Shown in pieces: positions 13,952-25,650 of a DNA stretch of 64,000 bases (position 1 is its first letter; every line of letters starts with the position of its first letter). Origin of the DNA: Octopus bimaculoides (taxonomy: Eukaryota); contig NC_068989.1 of NCBI RefSeq assembly GCF_001194135.2, forward strand, positions 70,638,191 through 70,702,190, in the 5' to 3' direction. A model generated the notes under the pieces. That model was not told where the DNA came from and did not search any database. It was given only the letters and a program-made list of their open reading frames with translations. Made by a program: the position numbers and the translations under genes.

Positions 13952-14982
13952 NNNNNNNNNNNNNNNNNNNNNNNNATATATATATATATATATAAATATA
14001 TATATCCATGTAAACTTCAAAGAGGGCATCAGACAAGCTTTTGAGTTAACCTAGTTAAAAATAACTAGACTTTAGAAAGAAGAAATAAAGAGAAAACAGG
14101 AGAATGGCAGTATAGAGGCAACCATATGTGAAAATGGAAGAGGCAAAGAATTAATTCATGTGTTTATATAGAAGCACTCTTTTTCCTTACGAGCTAATTC
14201 AAATATCAGTTTTGTTTTCACTGCAGTTGGGGAAGAAAAAAAAAAAAACAAGAAAAGAAAAAAAAGAGAAAACCCCTGTGATATAAAGAGTTTGATGTTT
14301 GAATCAATTTACAGATATGGCATATTTGGAAAATTTTATTATTGAAAGACAAAATGAGGATGAATTCTCTCATTCATATATTCACTTGGTATTATGTATG
14401 TATGATAAACACACACACACACCTTTCTGCCTATATCATCATCAATATTTAACACCCATTTTCTATGCTGGCAAGGGTTGGAATAGTTTGACAGGAGCTG
14501 ACAAAGCTGGGAGCCATACCAGGTTCCATTGTCTGCTTTGGCATGGTTTCTACAGTTGGATGCCCTTCCTAGTACCACTAACAAGATATATTGGAATGGC
14601 CATGCAGCCAAAGTCAACTTTGCTTTCATCCTCTCAGGGTTGATAAGATAAGTACCAGTTGAGCACAGGGGTCAATATAATTGACCTAGTCCCTCCTCTG
14701 AAATTGCTGGCCTTGTGCCTACTGCAGAAAGGATTGTTGTTATTACCACCACCATCATTATTATTAAGACGGCAAGCAGACGAGATCATTACTGTGTTGG
14801 ACAAAACACTTAGCAGCATTCCTTCCAGCTCTATGCATTCTGAGTTCAAATCCAGCCAAGATGAACTTTGCCTCTCATTCTTTTAGGGGGTCAATAAAAT
14901 AAGTACCAGTTGAGCAGTGAGGTCAATTATATTGACTTAACCTTTTTCCTGAAAACTGCTGGCCTTGTGCCAAATTTGAAAC

Positions 14983-15018
<36 letters not shown>

Positions 15019-15140
15019 CATCATCATCATCATAGGAATTGTTTCTGTTTTTAGATTCCACATTCAAGTTATCTTTGTTTCCAGGTCTTTGTATTTTGAA
15101 AGTTTCTCCATTTCTTTTAGGGAAACGTTGTCATCTACTG

Positions 15141-15184
<44 letters not shown>

Positions 15185-16562
15185 GGCAGTGAGCTGGCAG
15201 AATCATTAGCATGTTGGGCAAAATGCTTAGTGGCATTCCGCCCATCTTTACATTCAAATGTTTGAGCAAAACACTTCCTCGTGCATTGCTCTGCAATCAC
15301 TTTAATACCTGATGCATGGTACACTGTGCACGTGTTCAGACAACGTTCATTTGACGGAGAGAGTGAGCTAATGTGCGGCACATACATTTAATCACTATAA
15401 ACAAATCATCTGTGCAGGTCATTCGACAAAAGCTGAATGCTTATATGTCGTCTTTGACAAGAGAGTCCATTATCATCCTTCTTTTCTAACTCTAAGTTGT
15501 ACTTTAAATGCATCACAGTAAAATGTCACTTGAAGAAACCAGACTGAAGAAGAAAGTGATGGTGGTAGAGATGTGTAGAAAGTCTAAGAAATATGAAAGA
15601 GATGGTGGTAGTGGTTCTGTTGGTAATACTGGTAATGGTGGAGGTGGTGGTACAAGTGGTAGCACAGAAGTGGTGATGGTAGTGGTTAGAGCAGTTGTCT
15701 GTTTAAGATTTAAAGATATATATAAGAAGAACAGGAGGCAGAGAGGGGGAAGGTTTGTGGTGGTGATGTTGATGATAAGGTTTAGGACATGTACAGTAAA
15801 GACAGTGGTGGTGCCAAAAACTGGTGTTAGAGAGAGAGAGAGAGAGAGATGGGGTGGTGAAGCCAGTTTTAGTGGAGAAGTACTGACATGTGAAGATGTG
15901 TAAAAATGTAAGAAATAGAATGAGTGGGGAGGGAGGGAGGGAGGAAACTCTGACAAATATCAAAAAAGAGTGAGGTGCGGGTAGAGAAGATGCAGAAAAG
16001 GGGTGGTGGAGCAAATAAATGGCGTAACAGAGAGAGAGGGAAGAGAGTGAGTATTTAGAGATTCTGAGAAATAGGTGAGATAACTGTGGAGAGAGAGAGA
16101 GAAATAGGGAGGAAAGGAGAAGGAGAGCAAGAGATGAAGATCAAACTAATAAAAAAACCATTGATATATGTGAGAGGAGAAAAGGATCTGGAAACCAGAG
16201 AGAGGGGGGAGAGAAAGAGAGAGAGAGAGACAGAAAGAAGAAGGAAAAATCTGAATGAAAATATTAGTTCTATTTACAGTGTGTGTGTGCGCGTGCACAC
16301 ACACACACAAAGAAAGACAGACAGACATGCAGTTGTTTTGCTGGTCTTGATCAAGCAGAACCTTGATCAAAAGCATTCCAGCTGTGATAATTCTGTCTTT
16401 TATTGAAGCAATGTATCTGACATTATCTACTATTTCTGCCCATTCTCTTTTTTAAAGACTGTATAGTGTGATCTGAAGGGAGTTTGGCTACTGTTCCTAG
16501 CAGAATGAGCAACTACACAGAGGGCCTACATTATGGATCTTTGACATTGCAGTGGAGAGAGG

Positions 16563-16605
<43 letters not shown>

Positions 16606-17273
16606 AAGCGGGACAGAAAGAGAAAGACAGAAAGAAAACAATACAGAGATTACACTTCTAGGCTCTTCTTTATAATCTTCAATTAATTTAAAGATAATGA
16701 AACCTTTAATGAATTTAAACTAGGAAATCCAAGAATCCCCTCCGGCAACAAGATTCATGCACCACCACCACCACCAATGTAGGCCCCTGTTTCTATTTAA
16801 AACCAGAAAAAAATTACAGAAAGAAAAACTATACATATATATATGTGTGTATATATGTATGTATGTAACCTTGTGGAAAAACAAAAGCTACAGATGTTGA
16901 ACATCACTCGTGTTGTGTCAGCGACTGATGAGTGAGGACTGAATTAGTGAGCAAAGAGAATAAGAACATGAAGAAACTGGTATCACATGGATGCATTTTT
17001 TATTTATTTATTTTTATTTTTTGCTTTTACATGTGACAGCGTTGTTGTTATTGTAGTTAGTACGTGTTGTTGTTGTTACTGTTCTTTCAGGAGACAGCTT
17101 TTCAAAAGCAAACAAACAGGATAGAGATAAGGCTAATTAACTTTAAAGGCAGAAAAAGAAAATTTAATCAAAGTGAAGAAAAGTCAAATAAAAAATCTAA
17201 GATGTGTTAATGATAAATAAGATTTATTATGGATAAACAGATAAACATATATATATATATATATATACATATA

Positions 17274-17653
17274 CTCTTTTACTCTTTTACTTGTTTCAGT
17301 CATTTGACTGCGGCCATGCTGGAGCACCGCCTTTAGTCGAGCAAGTCGACCCCAGGACTTATTCTTTATAAACCTAGTACTTATTCTATCGGTCTCTTTT
17401 GCTGAACCGCTAAGTTACGGGGACGTAAACATACCAGCATCGGTTGTCAAGCAATGTTGGGGGGACAAACACACATATATGTATACATATATACGACGGG
17501 CTTCTTTCAGTTTCCGTCTACCAAATCCACTCACAAAGCTTTGGTCGGCCTGAAGCTATAGTAGAAGACACTTGCCCAAGGTGCCACGCAGTGGGACTGA
17601 ACTCAGAACCATGTGGTTTGTAAGCAAGCTACTTACCACACAGCCACGCCTGA
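17274..17653 (-). mobile_element. tRNA-derived SINE family A (probably CORE-type), youngest full-length copy
   Basis: The head has an A-box (TGGCTGTGTGGTAAG) and a B-box-like motif (GAGTTCAGTCCC). The middle segment ggcaccttgggcaagtgtctt resembles the start of the MIR/CORE domain, and the tail is gaaacaagtaaaagagtaaaagag. More than 25 copies or fragments occur in the window, e.g. 5665-6055, 6060-6375, 19945-20400, 32266-32715, 43108-43490, 44720-44970 and 55105-55470. Confidence 0.85.
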
Positions 17654-19069
17654 CCATCTGCCAAGCTGATATGGGTTGGACAGTTTGACGGGAGCTAACA
17701 ATCTGGAGAGCAGCGTCAGGCTCCATTGTCTGCTTTGGTTTGGTTTCTATGTCTGGATGCTCTTCCTAATGTCAACTACTTAACAAAGCATTATTGGTGC
17801 TTTTTACATGGCATCAGCAACAGTCAGGTCATCAAGAAACTTGCAGGACAAAAACCCCTCAACTGGGGAGGGGGATTAGTAGTATTGAGGGACAGAAAAG
17901 GTGTCATGCATTAGAAGAGAGACGTGGCTATCTCAGATGGGGGAAGAGAAAGAAGAGAAAGATGGTAAAGATGAGACGGGGGGGGGAGGGGGCAGAAATG
18001 ACACTGCTAGTATGACAGCACCAATCATTTTACAACTATTGAGGGATGTCAAGACAGAGACAAAAACACATTTACACACACACATATGATGGGCTTCTTT
18101 CTGCACTGGTACCTTATTTTATTTACCTCCATTTGGAGAGCTAAGTCTGTTTCAGTAGTTCTTGTGATAATAGTTAGGTTCACATTACCAGGGTCAAATA
18201 TGAGCCATATGCATGCAGTAGATGTGTACCTGTTCAAAATGTACTGGATGGCCAATTTTGATGGGTGCCATCATCATCGTCATCGTTTAACATTCACCTT
18301 GCATGCTAGCATGGGTGGGATGGTTTCACAAGAGCCAGCCAGGCCAAAGCCTGCACCAGACTGTTTTGGTAGGATATTTACAGCTGGATGCCCTTCTTAA
18401 CACCAACCACTCAGGCGAGGTGAGTAGTGCTTTTTACACAGCACAAGCACAGGTAATATATATATATATATANNNNNNNNNNNNNNNNNNNNNNNNNNNN
18501 NNNNNNNNNNNNNNNNNNNNNNNNNNNNNNNNNNNNNNNNNNNNNNNNNNNNNNNNNNNNNNNNNNNNNNNNNNNNNNNATATACATATATATATATATA
18601 TATATATACATATATATATAAACAGACACAAAAGCCTGGTGTAGTTTTCTTCCTGGCCAGCTTCTGTCAAACCGTCCAACCCATGCCAGCATGGAAGGCT
18701 GATGTTAAACAATGATGAGGAGAGGGATCCATTTGAAAAAATATTGCAGTTTCCATCTTCACCCAATGCCAGTACAACCAGCAATGAGCCTGCAACTTAT
18801 TCTAGGAGGAATGTCATGGGAGCACAAAGAATGCATGTCCTGGATCCCCAAAGTGGGTCCAGAAGAAAACAAACTATTAACCCACTGGCATTTAAACTGG
18901 CCGTATCCAACCCAAACTGTCAAGATCCAGCCTCTTACACCCACCCTACAATGTCATACTAAACGTAGACATTCACATCATTGACATCTCAAAGTTACAA
19001 GATGATGTATGATAAATTCAGAACAATGTTAATAAATAAGCATTACATTTAACAGAATAATTAGAATAA

Positions 19070-19209
19070 CGATCAGGAATACCAGAAAGTCTAATGATGG
19101 TTCCTTCTAATAGGACCCTACAGAGGAGGTACCTGAGGACTCTACTCCTGTGACCCCCACCAGGAATAGTAGGCAGAGATTAATGAATGGATAGATGAAT
19201 GGTTGGTTG
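19070..19209 (+). mobile_element. Short 3' fragment of the same RTE-type LINE
   Basis: RSGIPESLMMVPSNRTLQRRYLRTLLL is homologous to 25500-25620 and is followed by a degenerate (GGAT/GAAT)n tail. Confidence 0.6.
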
Positions 19210-20197
19210 TTTTTTATTCCATGTGTCTTCAAAAGAGCAAAGCTAGCAGATAATTTACTGACAGGGAACGAGAAATAATTTCACTGAAGAAACAAAATAT
19301 TCAAAATACTCAGAAACAAGGAATAGCTGCCTGCCACCAATGAATTTACTTTCAAATCCTTCAGAGGGTGGGTGCTTGATGCAGTTTGGTGTGTGGTGAC
19401 ACTTTTAAAAAGGTCAACAAAGATTGGTACAAACAGTGTTGCATGCAATTAGAGAGGGAAATAAAAGTAATACAAAGACCAAACAGTGTCTAGAAACAAA
19501 ACAACTATTTACCATGTGTCTCACTGTTTACATGACAATTGGTTGATATGTCACAATAGAACCAAAACACCTGCCTACCCACTCATCGACTCATAGTAAC
19601 TGCTTTTGTTTTACTACAATTGCTGCTGCTGCTACTACTACTGATAATAATAATAATGACAACAACAACAACAATACTTTCTACAATAGCCACAAGGCCT
19701 GAAATTTTGTGGGAGGGGTGCTTGACAATTACATCGGCCCCAGTGCTCAAGTGATACTTATTTCATCAATCCTGAAAGGATGAAAGGCAAAGTCGACCTT
19801 GGTGGAATTTGAACACAACACAAAGACAGAAGAAATACTGCTTAGCATTTTGTCCTGCATGAGGGTGACATTCGTTTACTATTATCACATGAAGTGAAGT
19901 CAAGGAAACAGTAACACACACATGCATATATATATACGTATAAACAATGAGTTTCTTTCAGTTTCTGTCTACCAAATCCATTCACAAGGCCTTGGTCAGC
20001 CCGAGGCTGTAGTAGAAGACACTTGCCCAAGGTTCCACTCAACAGGACTGAACCCACACCTGCACCTATATATTCTTTTACTCTTTTACTCTTTTACTTG
20101 TTTCTGTCATTTGACTGTGGCCATGCTGGAGCACCACCTTTAGTCGAGCAAATCGACCCCAGGACTTATTCTTTGTAAGCCTAGTACTTATTCTATC

Positions 20198-20240
<43 letters not shown>

Positions 20241-20417
20241 CACACACAATGAGCTTCTTTCAGTTTCTGGCTGCCAAATCCCCTCACAAAGTTTTGGCCA
20301 GCCCAGGGCTATTGTAGAAGACACTTGCCTGACGTGTCACACAGTACTGAACCTGAGAGCATATGGCTGGGAAGCAAACTGCTACATACCACACAGCTCC
20401 ATGTCTGTGCTCTTTCT

Positions 20418-20459
<42 letters not shown>

Positions 20460-21638
20460 ACTGTTGCATGTGTGGTGCCATTTATTTCCAATTTTCCATG
20501 AACATATGTCCGACCATGGGGAATTATTATTCAGCTTGGTGATAGGATGGGCATCAGGCTGAAGAAAATTCTGCCTCAATAAACTTCGTCTGACCTAAGT
20601 AGGTATGAAAATTCATCATCATCTTCAAAAATGATGATTATAATTATTATATACCAAATTATAATTAATGCTATTATCAAATATGCCCCCAACTGGATTC
20701 TGTTAACTGCAGTCTATTAACTTACTAATTAACTTCCATGAAAATGTAAGTTAATTAGGCTTGAATTACATCATCAACAACCAGACTTCATTTTAATTAA
20801 TTTCAGAAATATTCGTAACTTTTAGAAGTTTCTGAATAAGACCAAAACAGGTTTAGATTCTTCTGGTTCTGAATCGTCTCTTGTACTTGACGGTAAATGA
20901 AAACAATAATGTTAGTCATTGACTTAAATAATTTCTTTTGTTTTGTTTTCGTATTTGCTCACCGTATGTTTATGTCTGGGTAAAGTTTTAATGCTCCCTA
21001 CACTGAATACGTTAGCACCAGCCTATGCAAACAGTTTAGTCATTCTATTATTTTCTCACACCCAAACTAACTAATTTTACTCTAATTCATATGAATCCAG
21101 TCTATTATGCATGTATGTATGTATACAGACACACATTGGCTGCATGGTTAAGAAACTTGCTTCCCAACCATGAGGTTTCAGGTTCAATCCTACTGTATAG
21201 CATCTAGGGCAAGTGTCTTCTACAACAGCCTCGGGTTGACCAAAGCCTTGTGAGTGGATTTGATAGATGGAAATGTGTGAAGTATAACCTATGGTTTCAC
21301 ATGATTACTGATCATTTTCTTTTCACCTGGCACTAAAGTACTAACTCTGGAGACTCAGAAAGTTGTATTCGTGTTGTACATGCGTTTATTATCCAGTGAT
21401 GTTCAGATGTCTCTTTATGGTGACCTCATTTCACATTTCATCTACTGAAAGTGCTACAGTAATGGAAGAGCAACGACATGAGCTGATCTAACCAGCTGGA
21501 AGTGCACAGTAAGTTACAACAGCTGTCACCTATGTTTCAAGCCATACAGATCTGCTACATGGCTTAAGAGTAATGCAAGAGATTGGGGACAGTAAGTCAG
21601 AAATGTTATTGACAATGACGAAGCACAAGGAGATGGAA

Positions 21639-21828
21639 GGTGCCACGTAAAAAAGGACCCAGTACACTTAGAAAGTGGTTGGCTTTAGGAAGGGCATCCA
21701 GCTGTAGAAATCATGCCAGAACAGATGATAGAGCCTGGTGTGGCCCCTGACCTTACCAGCTCCTGTCAAACCATCCAACCCATGTCAGGATGGAAAACAG
21801 ACATTACAAAATAATGATGATGATGATG
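21639..21828 (+). mobile_element. SINE/non-autonomous retroelement family C with (GAT)n tail
   Basis: The element runs gtggttggc(g)ttaggaagggcatccagctgtagaaa ... ccaacccatg(c)tagcatggaaagcggacgttaaacgatgatgatg. Young copies lie at 2571-2707 and 4500-4625, and others at about 18270-18430, 39060-39240 and 61610-61750. A sister family with the same tail lies at about 29590-29790, 33350-33570, 35565-35800, 45120-45320 and 52735-52960. Confidence 0.8.
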
Positions 21829-22839
21829 TGTGTGTGTGTGTGTGTGTGCTGATCCATGCGTCCCTCTCCTTGTTTTGACATCATATAATGGTTCTAAATG
21901 AGTATCACCATCACACAAGCTTGGGTGTATCTGAGGCAATGGCAAAAAGACCCTTGCTCAAAATGCTGAGCAATGGGATTGAACCAGGACCATGCCTGTG
22001 TTGAATATATCACATCTGTGATAATGAAAAACAGAAAATGAAGAGTGAAGGGTGGGGAGAAGGATGCAGAGGTGGAAAAGTAAAAAATACAGTTCAGGAA
22101 GCATGAGGNNNNNNNNNNNNNNNNNNNNNNNNNNNNNNNNNNNNNNNNNNNNNNNNNNNNNNNNNNNNNNNNNNNNNNNNNNNNNNNNNNNNNNNNNNNN
22201 NNNNNNNNNNNNNNNNNNNNNNNNNNNNNNNNNNNNNNNNNNNNNNNNNNNNNNNNNNNNNNNNNNNNNNNNNNNNNNNNNNNNNNNNNNNNNNNNNNNN
22301 NNNNNNNNNNNNNNNNNNNNNNNNNNNNNNNNNNNNNNNNNNNNNNNNNNNNNNNNNNNNNNNNNNNNNNNNNNNNNNNNNNNNNNNNNNNNNNNNNNNN
22401 NNNNNNNNNNNNNNNNNNNNNNNNNNNNNNNNNNNNNNNNNNNNNNNNNNNNNNNNNNNNNNNNNNNNNNNNNNNNNNNNNNNNNNNNNNNNNNNNNNNN
22501 NNNNNNNNNNNNNNNNNNNNNNNNNNNNNNNNNNNNNNNNNNNNNNNNNNNNNNNNNNNNNNNNNNNNNNNNNNNNNNNNNNNNNGGTGGTGGTGGTGGT
22601 GTTAAGAGTGATGGGTTGTATATACAACAACCACCCACACAAACACAGAGTTTCTATTAATGTCAATGGAAGGTTAGCTTCCTGACAGTTCATGATGGGG
22701 GAAATCTACAGAAGGAGAGACACAAAGAAGGTGAACTCCTCCGCTCTCTCTCTCTTCCCTGCCAAAACTATTTAACCAATACCTCAAGCTCCACAAACTG
22801 GAAACCCCCCCCCCCCCGAAATACAATACCAATTATATA

Positions 22840-23200
22840 ACTAACTAGCTGTTGTTGTTGGTGGTGGTAGTGGTGTAGGCAAATAGTGATGATTGCACTG
22901 GTAGTGGTACTCATAGTATTGGTGGTGGTAGTGCTGTTATTGGTGTAGTACTGGTATTTGTGGTGGTTACTAGCGTAGTGGTACTGGTGATGGTAGTAGT
23001 ACTGATATTATTGGTAGTTGTGGTGGTATCAATGGTATTGATGGTGGTGGGAATAGTAGAAATAGTATTGGCACTGGTCGTGGCAGTAGTAGTACTAACA
23101 ATGGTGGTGGTAGTTGTAGTAGTATTGGTGGCAGCAGTAGTGTGGATATTGGTGGTGCTAGTACTGGTAACAGTGGTGGTTGTGGTGACACTGAGGCTGG
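22840..23200. repeat. Degenerate (GTG/GTA/GTT)n trinucleotide low-complexity tract
   Basis: The tract is visible directly and explains the Val-rich pseudo-ORF 22960-23217. Confidence 0.85.
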
Positions 23201-23316
23201 ATGCCAGTACTGTGTAGTTCCAATCAGAACTAACTCTAACTTATTTAAACTCAGAAGCAGCAAAACAACACAAAATATTTTCCAATAATTACCAAACCAC
23301 TTGTTTGTGCATGTAT

Positions 23317-23357
<41 letters not shown>

Positions 23358-24186
23358 CGCGCGCGCGTGTGTGTTAGATGATGTGATAGTGGGCACATAA
23401 ATCTAGCACTTTTGTTGCTATATTTCTGTTGAAATACATTGCCTCTGTTTCAATTAATTTTGAAAATAATGAAGAATTTAGTAAAATAATATTAAGCTTG
23501 TGTTTGGAACATAAATTAACATGAAATTTTGATGGAAGGTTTTAATTTAAATCACTTTAGAACAGGAAGTTTGTACCACAGATTTCGCAGTGGTCTCAGG
23601 TGAGATGGTATCAAAAAGAAAAACGATTAAATTAAAATTTTGACTGAAATTTCGTTATTACTTGAAAGATATTAGATTTCAATTGGAAAACATTTGTCTT
23701 TCATTATTAAATTGAAAATTAGTTATTTCACTAAACCTCTCATACATAATTCTTCATTATTTGCAAACTGAAAACCTGAAAAGCATCATAGTCTTGTTAG
23801 AAATATGTTCACTTTAAGAGAAGGAGTAAAAGACTGAGGTAAAAACCTTGATGAACACTGGGCTGTACGATAGATTCTTTGCCAAGCTCACACTAATCAC
23901 ACTTCTGTGAAAAACAGTTCATTGACAATTTTCTCATTCTGAATTTGGGACCATTCCAAAGGGGTTTTATATTTTAAGGTCAACATATGTCAGAGATTGA
24001 ATGAAGTTTATCACGGCAAATTTTCTATGGCAGATTCTCTTCCTGTCATCAACTCTCACCTAGTTCTCCATGGCTAGACATGTTTTCACAGAATATTGGA
24101 AATGAATGACACAGCTTGTATGACAGTAACACTTATTTACAACTCTGATGCAATATCAAGACAAGGGAAAACAACATATGCACATA

Positions 24187-24404
24187 CAAGGGGTTGCTGA
24201 AAAGTTCTTGGCTTTAAGGATATCGCAAAAAGCCTGGTTGGAGGCCCAACCTTTTGAGTTCTTTTACAGGGCTTAGAAAAACTGAAGTACTGCTGCAAAT
24301 AAGTGTATGAATCTGAGAGGGGAATATGTTAATTGAAATCATAATTAACTGATCATCCTGTATTTTCTTTTACCCAAAGCCAGGAACTTTTCAACCCCCA
24401 CCTG
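24187..24404 (+). mobile_element. Mariner-derived MITE (internal deletion derivative)
   Basis: It follows TA and has about 29-bp TIRs (caaggggttgctgaaaagttcttggcttt ... aaagccaggaacttttcaaccccc). The interior encodes a frameshifted GLEKLKYCC/KCMNLRGEYVN*, resembling the mariner transposase C-terminus (GI.KL..RW.KC....G.YVE). Confidence 0.8.
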
Positions 24405-25329
24405 CTATACATACGTGTACACACAGAGACTTTCTTTCTGATACTGTCAACCAAATCCACGTAAGGATTTTCTGATCTGGGGCCATAACAGAAGACACTT
24501 GTCGAAGGTGCAAAGCAATGGGATTGAACCCCAAACCATGTGGTTGGGAAGCAAACTTCTCGCCCACACATTCATGTCTGTGCCTAGTTAAAATAATCTC
24601 ATTATAAGCAGCAACTGAAATTAATGTTGGCAGTGGGGAAGAGTAGGTGTTTGCTACTCTCTAATTTCTCTCATTCATATAATAAACAGTTTACAATGGC
24701 TGCTGTGTAGTAACTGCTGCAATTGTTGTTGCTTATCAGGATTAAATGAATATAAATGAACAAATAAATAAGTAAATAACAATGAAAAAAAAAAAGACAG
24801 AAAAGAAAAGACTGAAATGAAACATATACAGCCTAGCTAATTAAATCTTTCAATTTGTCCGAATTATCAGACAATTAGTAGTAATCTAGAAAGATAAATG
24901 TCAAATGAAGAATATGAATTTAGTAAATTATATTGTTTGAATTTAACCCTTTTGTTGCTATATTTCTGTTGAAAAATACTGGCTTTGTTTTCAATTGATT
25001 TTTAAAATAATGTAGAATTTAGTTAAAAATAACTGCTGTTATTAATCTGGAGTTTGGAATATAAATTAACATGGAATTTTATGTAAGGTTTTAATTGAGA
25101 ACACTTTAATGCTAGCTCTAGTAGTCAATCCTCAAAAGTGGAAAGGCTGGTAAGAAAAATGCCAAACTTGCAATCTTCAATTTGGCTTCCATGTTTATTC
25201 TCATTTATGGTCATGAATGTTGAGTAATGAGTAAAAGAATATGATCATGAATATAATTAATCAAAATGGTGTTACTCCAAAAGCTCTCTAGAGTAGTGTT
25301 ACTTGACAGGCTATGTAGTTCGGAGATCC

Positions 25330-25650
25330 AGGATCAAGAACTCTATATGGGTTGAGCCAGAGACGTCATGGCTCCAGTACTACAAATGTGGTTATAATGT
25401 CGCAGGAAAGAATTGTAAGATGGATTCTTCAAAGCCAAACCAACTAGTAAGAGGTCTAGGAGTAGACCAAAAATAAGATGGCTGGATAAGGGTAATATCC
25501 ATAGTTTTAGTTGGTCACGCTTGAGAATGCAGCTGGAAAGTGTAAAGACAGTTGCTTTTGTTAGGACTTTATGGGGGAGATGCCTAAGGACTTTACTCCC
25601 AACAACCTCCAAGGAATAGTGGAATGGTTGAATGGATGGATGGATGGATG
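25330..25650 (+). mobile_element. 3' remnant of an RTE-clade LINE (Expander/Rex3-like)
   Basis: The decayed reading frame KPTSKRSRSRPKIRWLD...WSRLRMQLESVKTVAFVRTLWGRCLRTLLP matches the RTE C-terminal motif R.RGRP..RW.D ... W..L..L.P. It ends in a (GGAT)n tail. Confidence 0.75.

Noticed and set aside
16870-16938. 69-nt minus-strand exon candidate with a good branch point and acceptor
   Set aside because: The donor is weak (gttaca), there is a stop in the phase required after the MTSS1 exon, and there is no IMD similarity.
16925-16945. CTGATGAG hammerhead-like core
   Set aside because: No stem II or GAAA follows.
22960-23217. 85-aa Val-rich ORF resembling a membrane protein
   Set aside because: It is the product of a degenerate GTN trinucleotide repeat.
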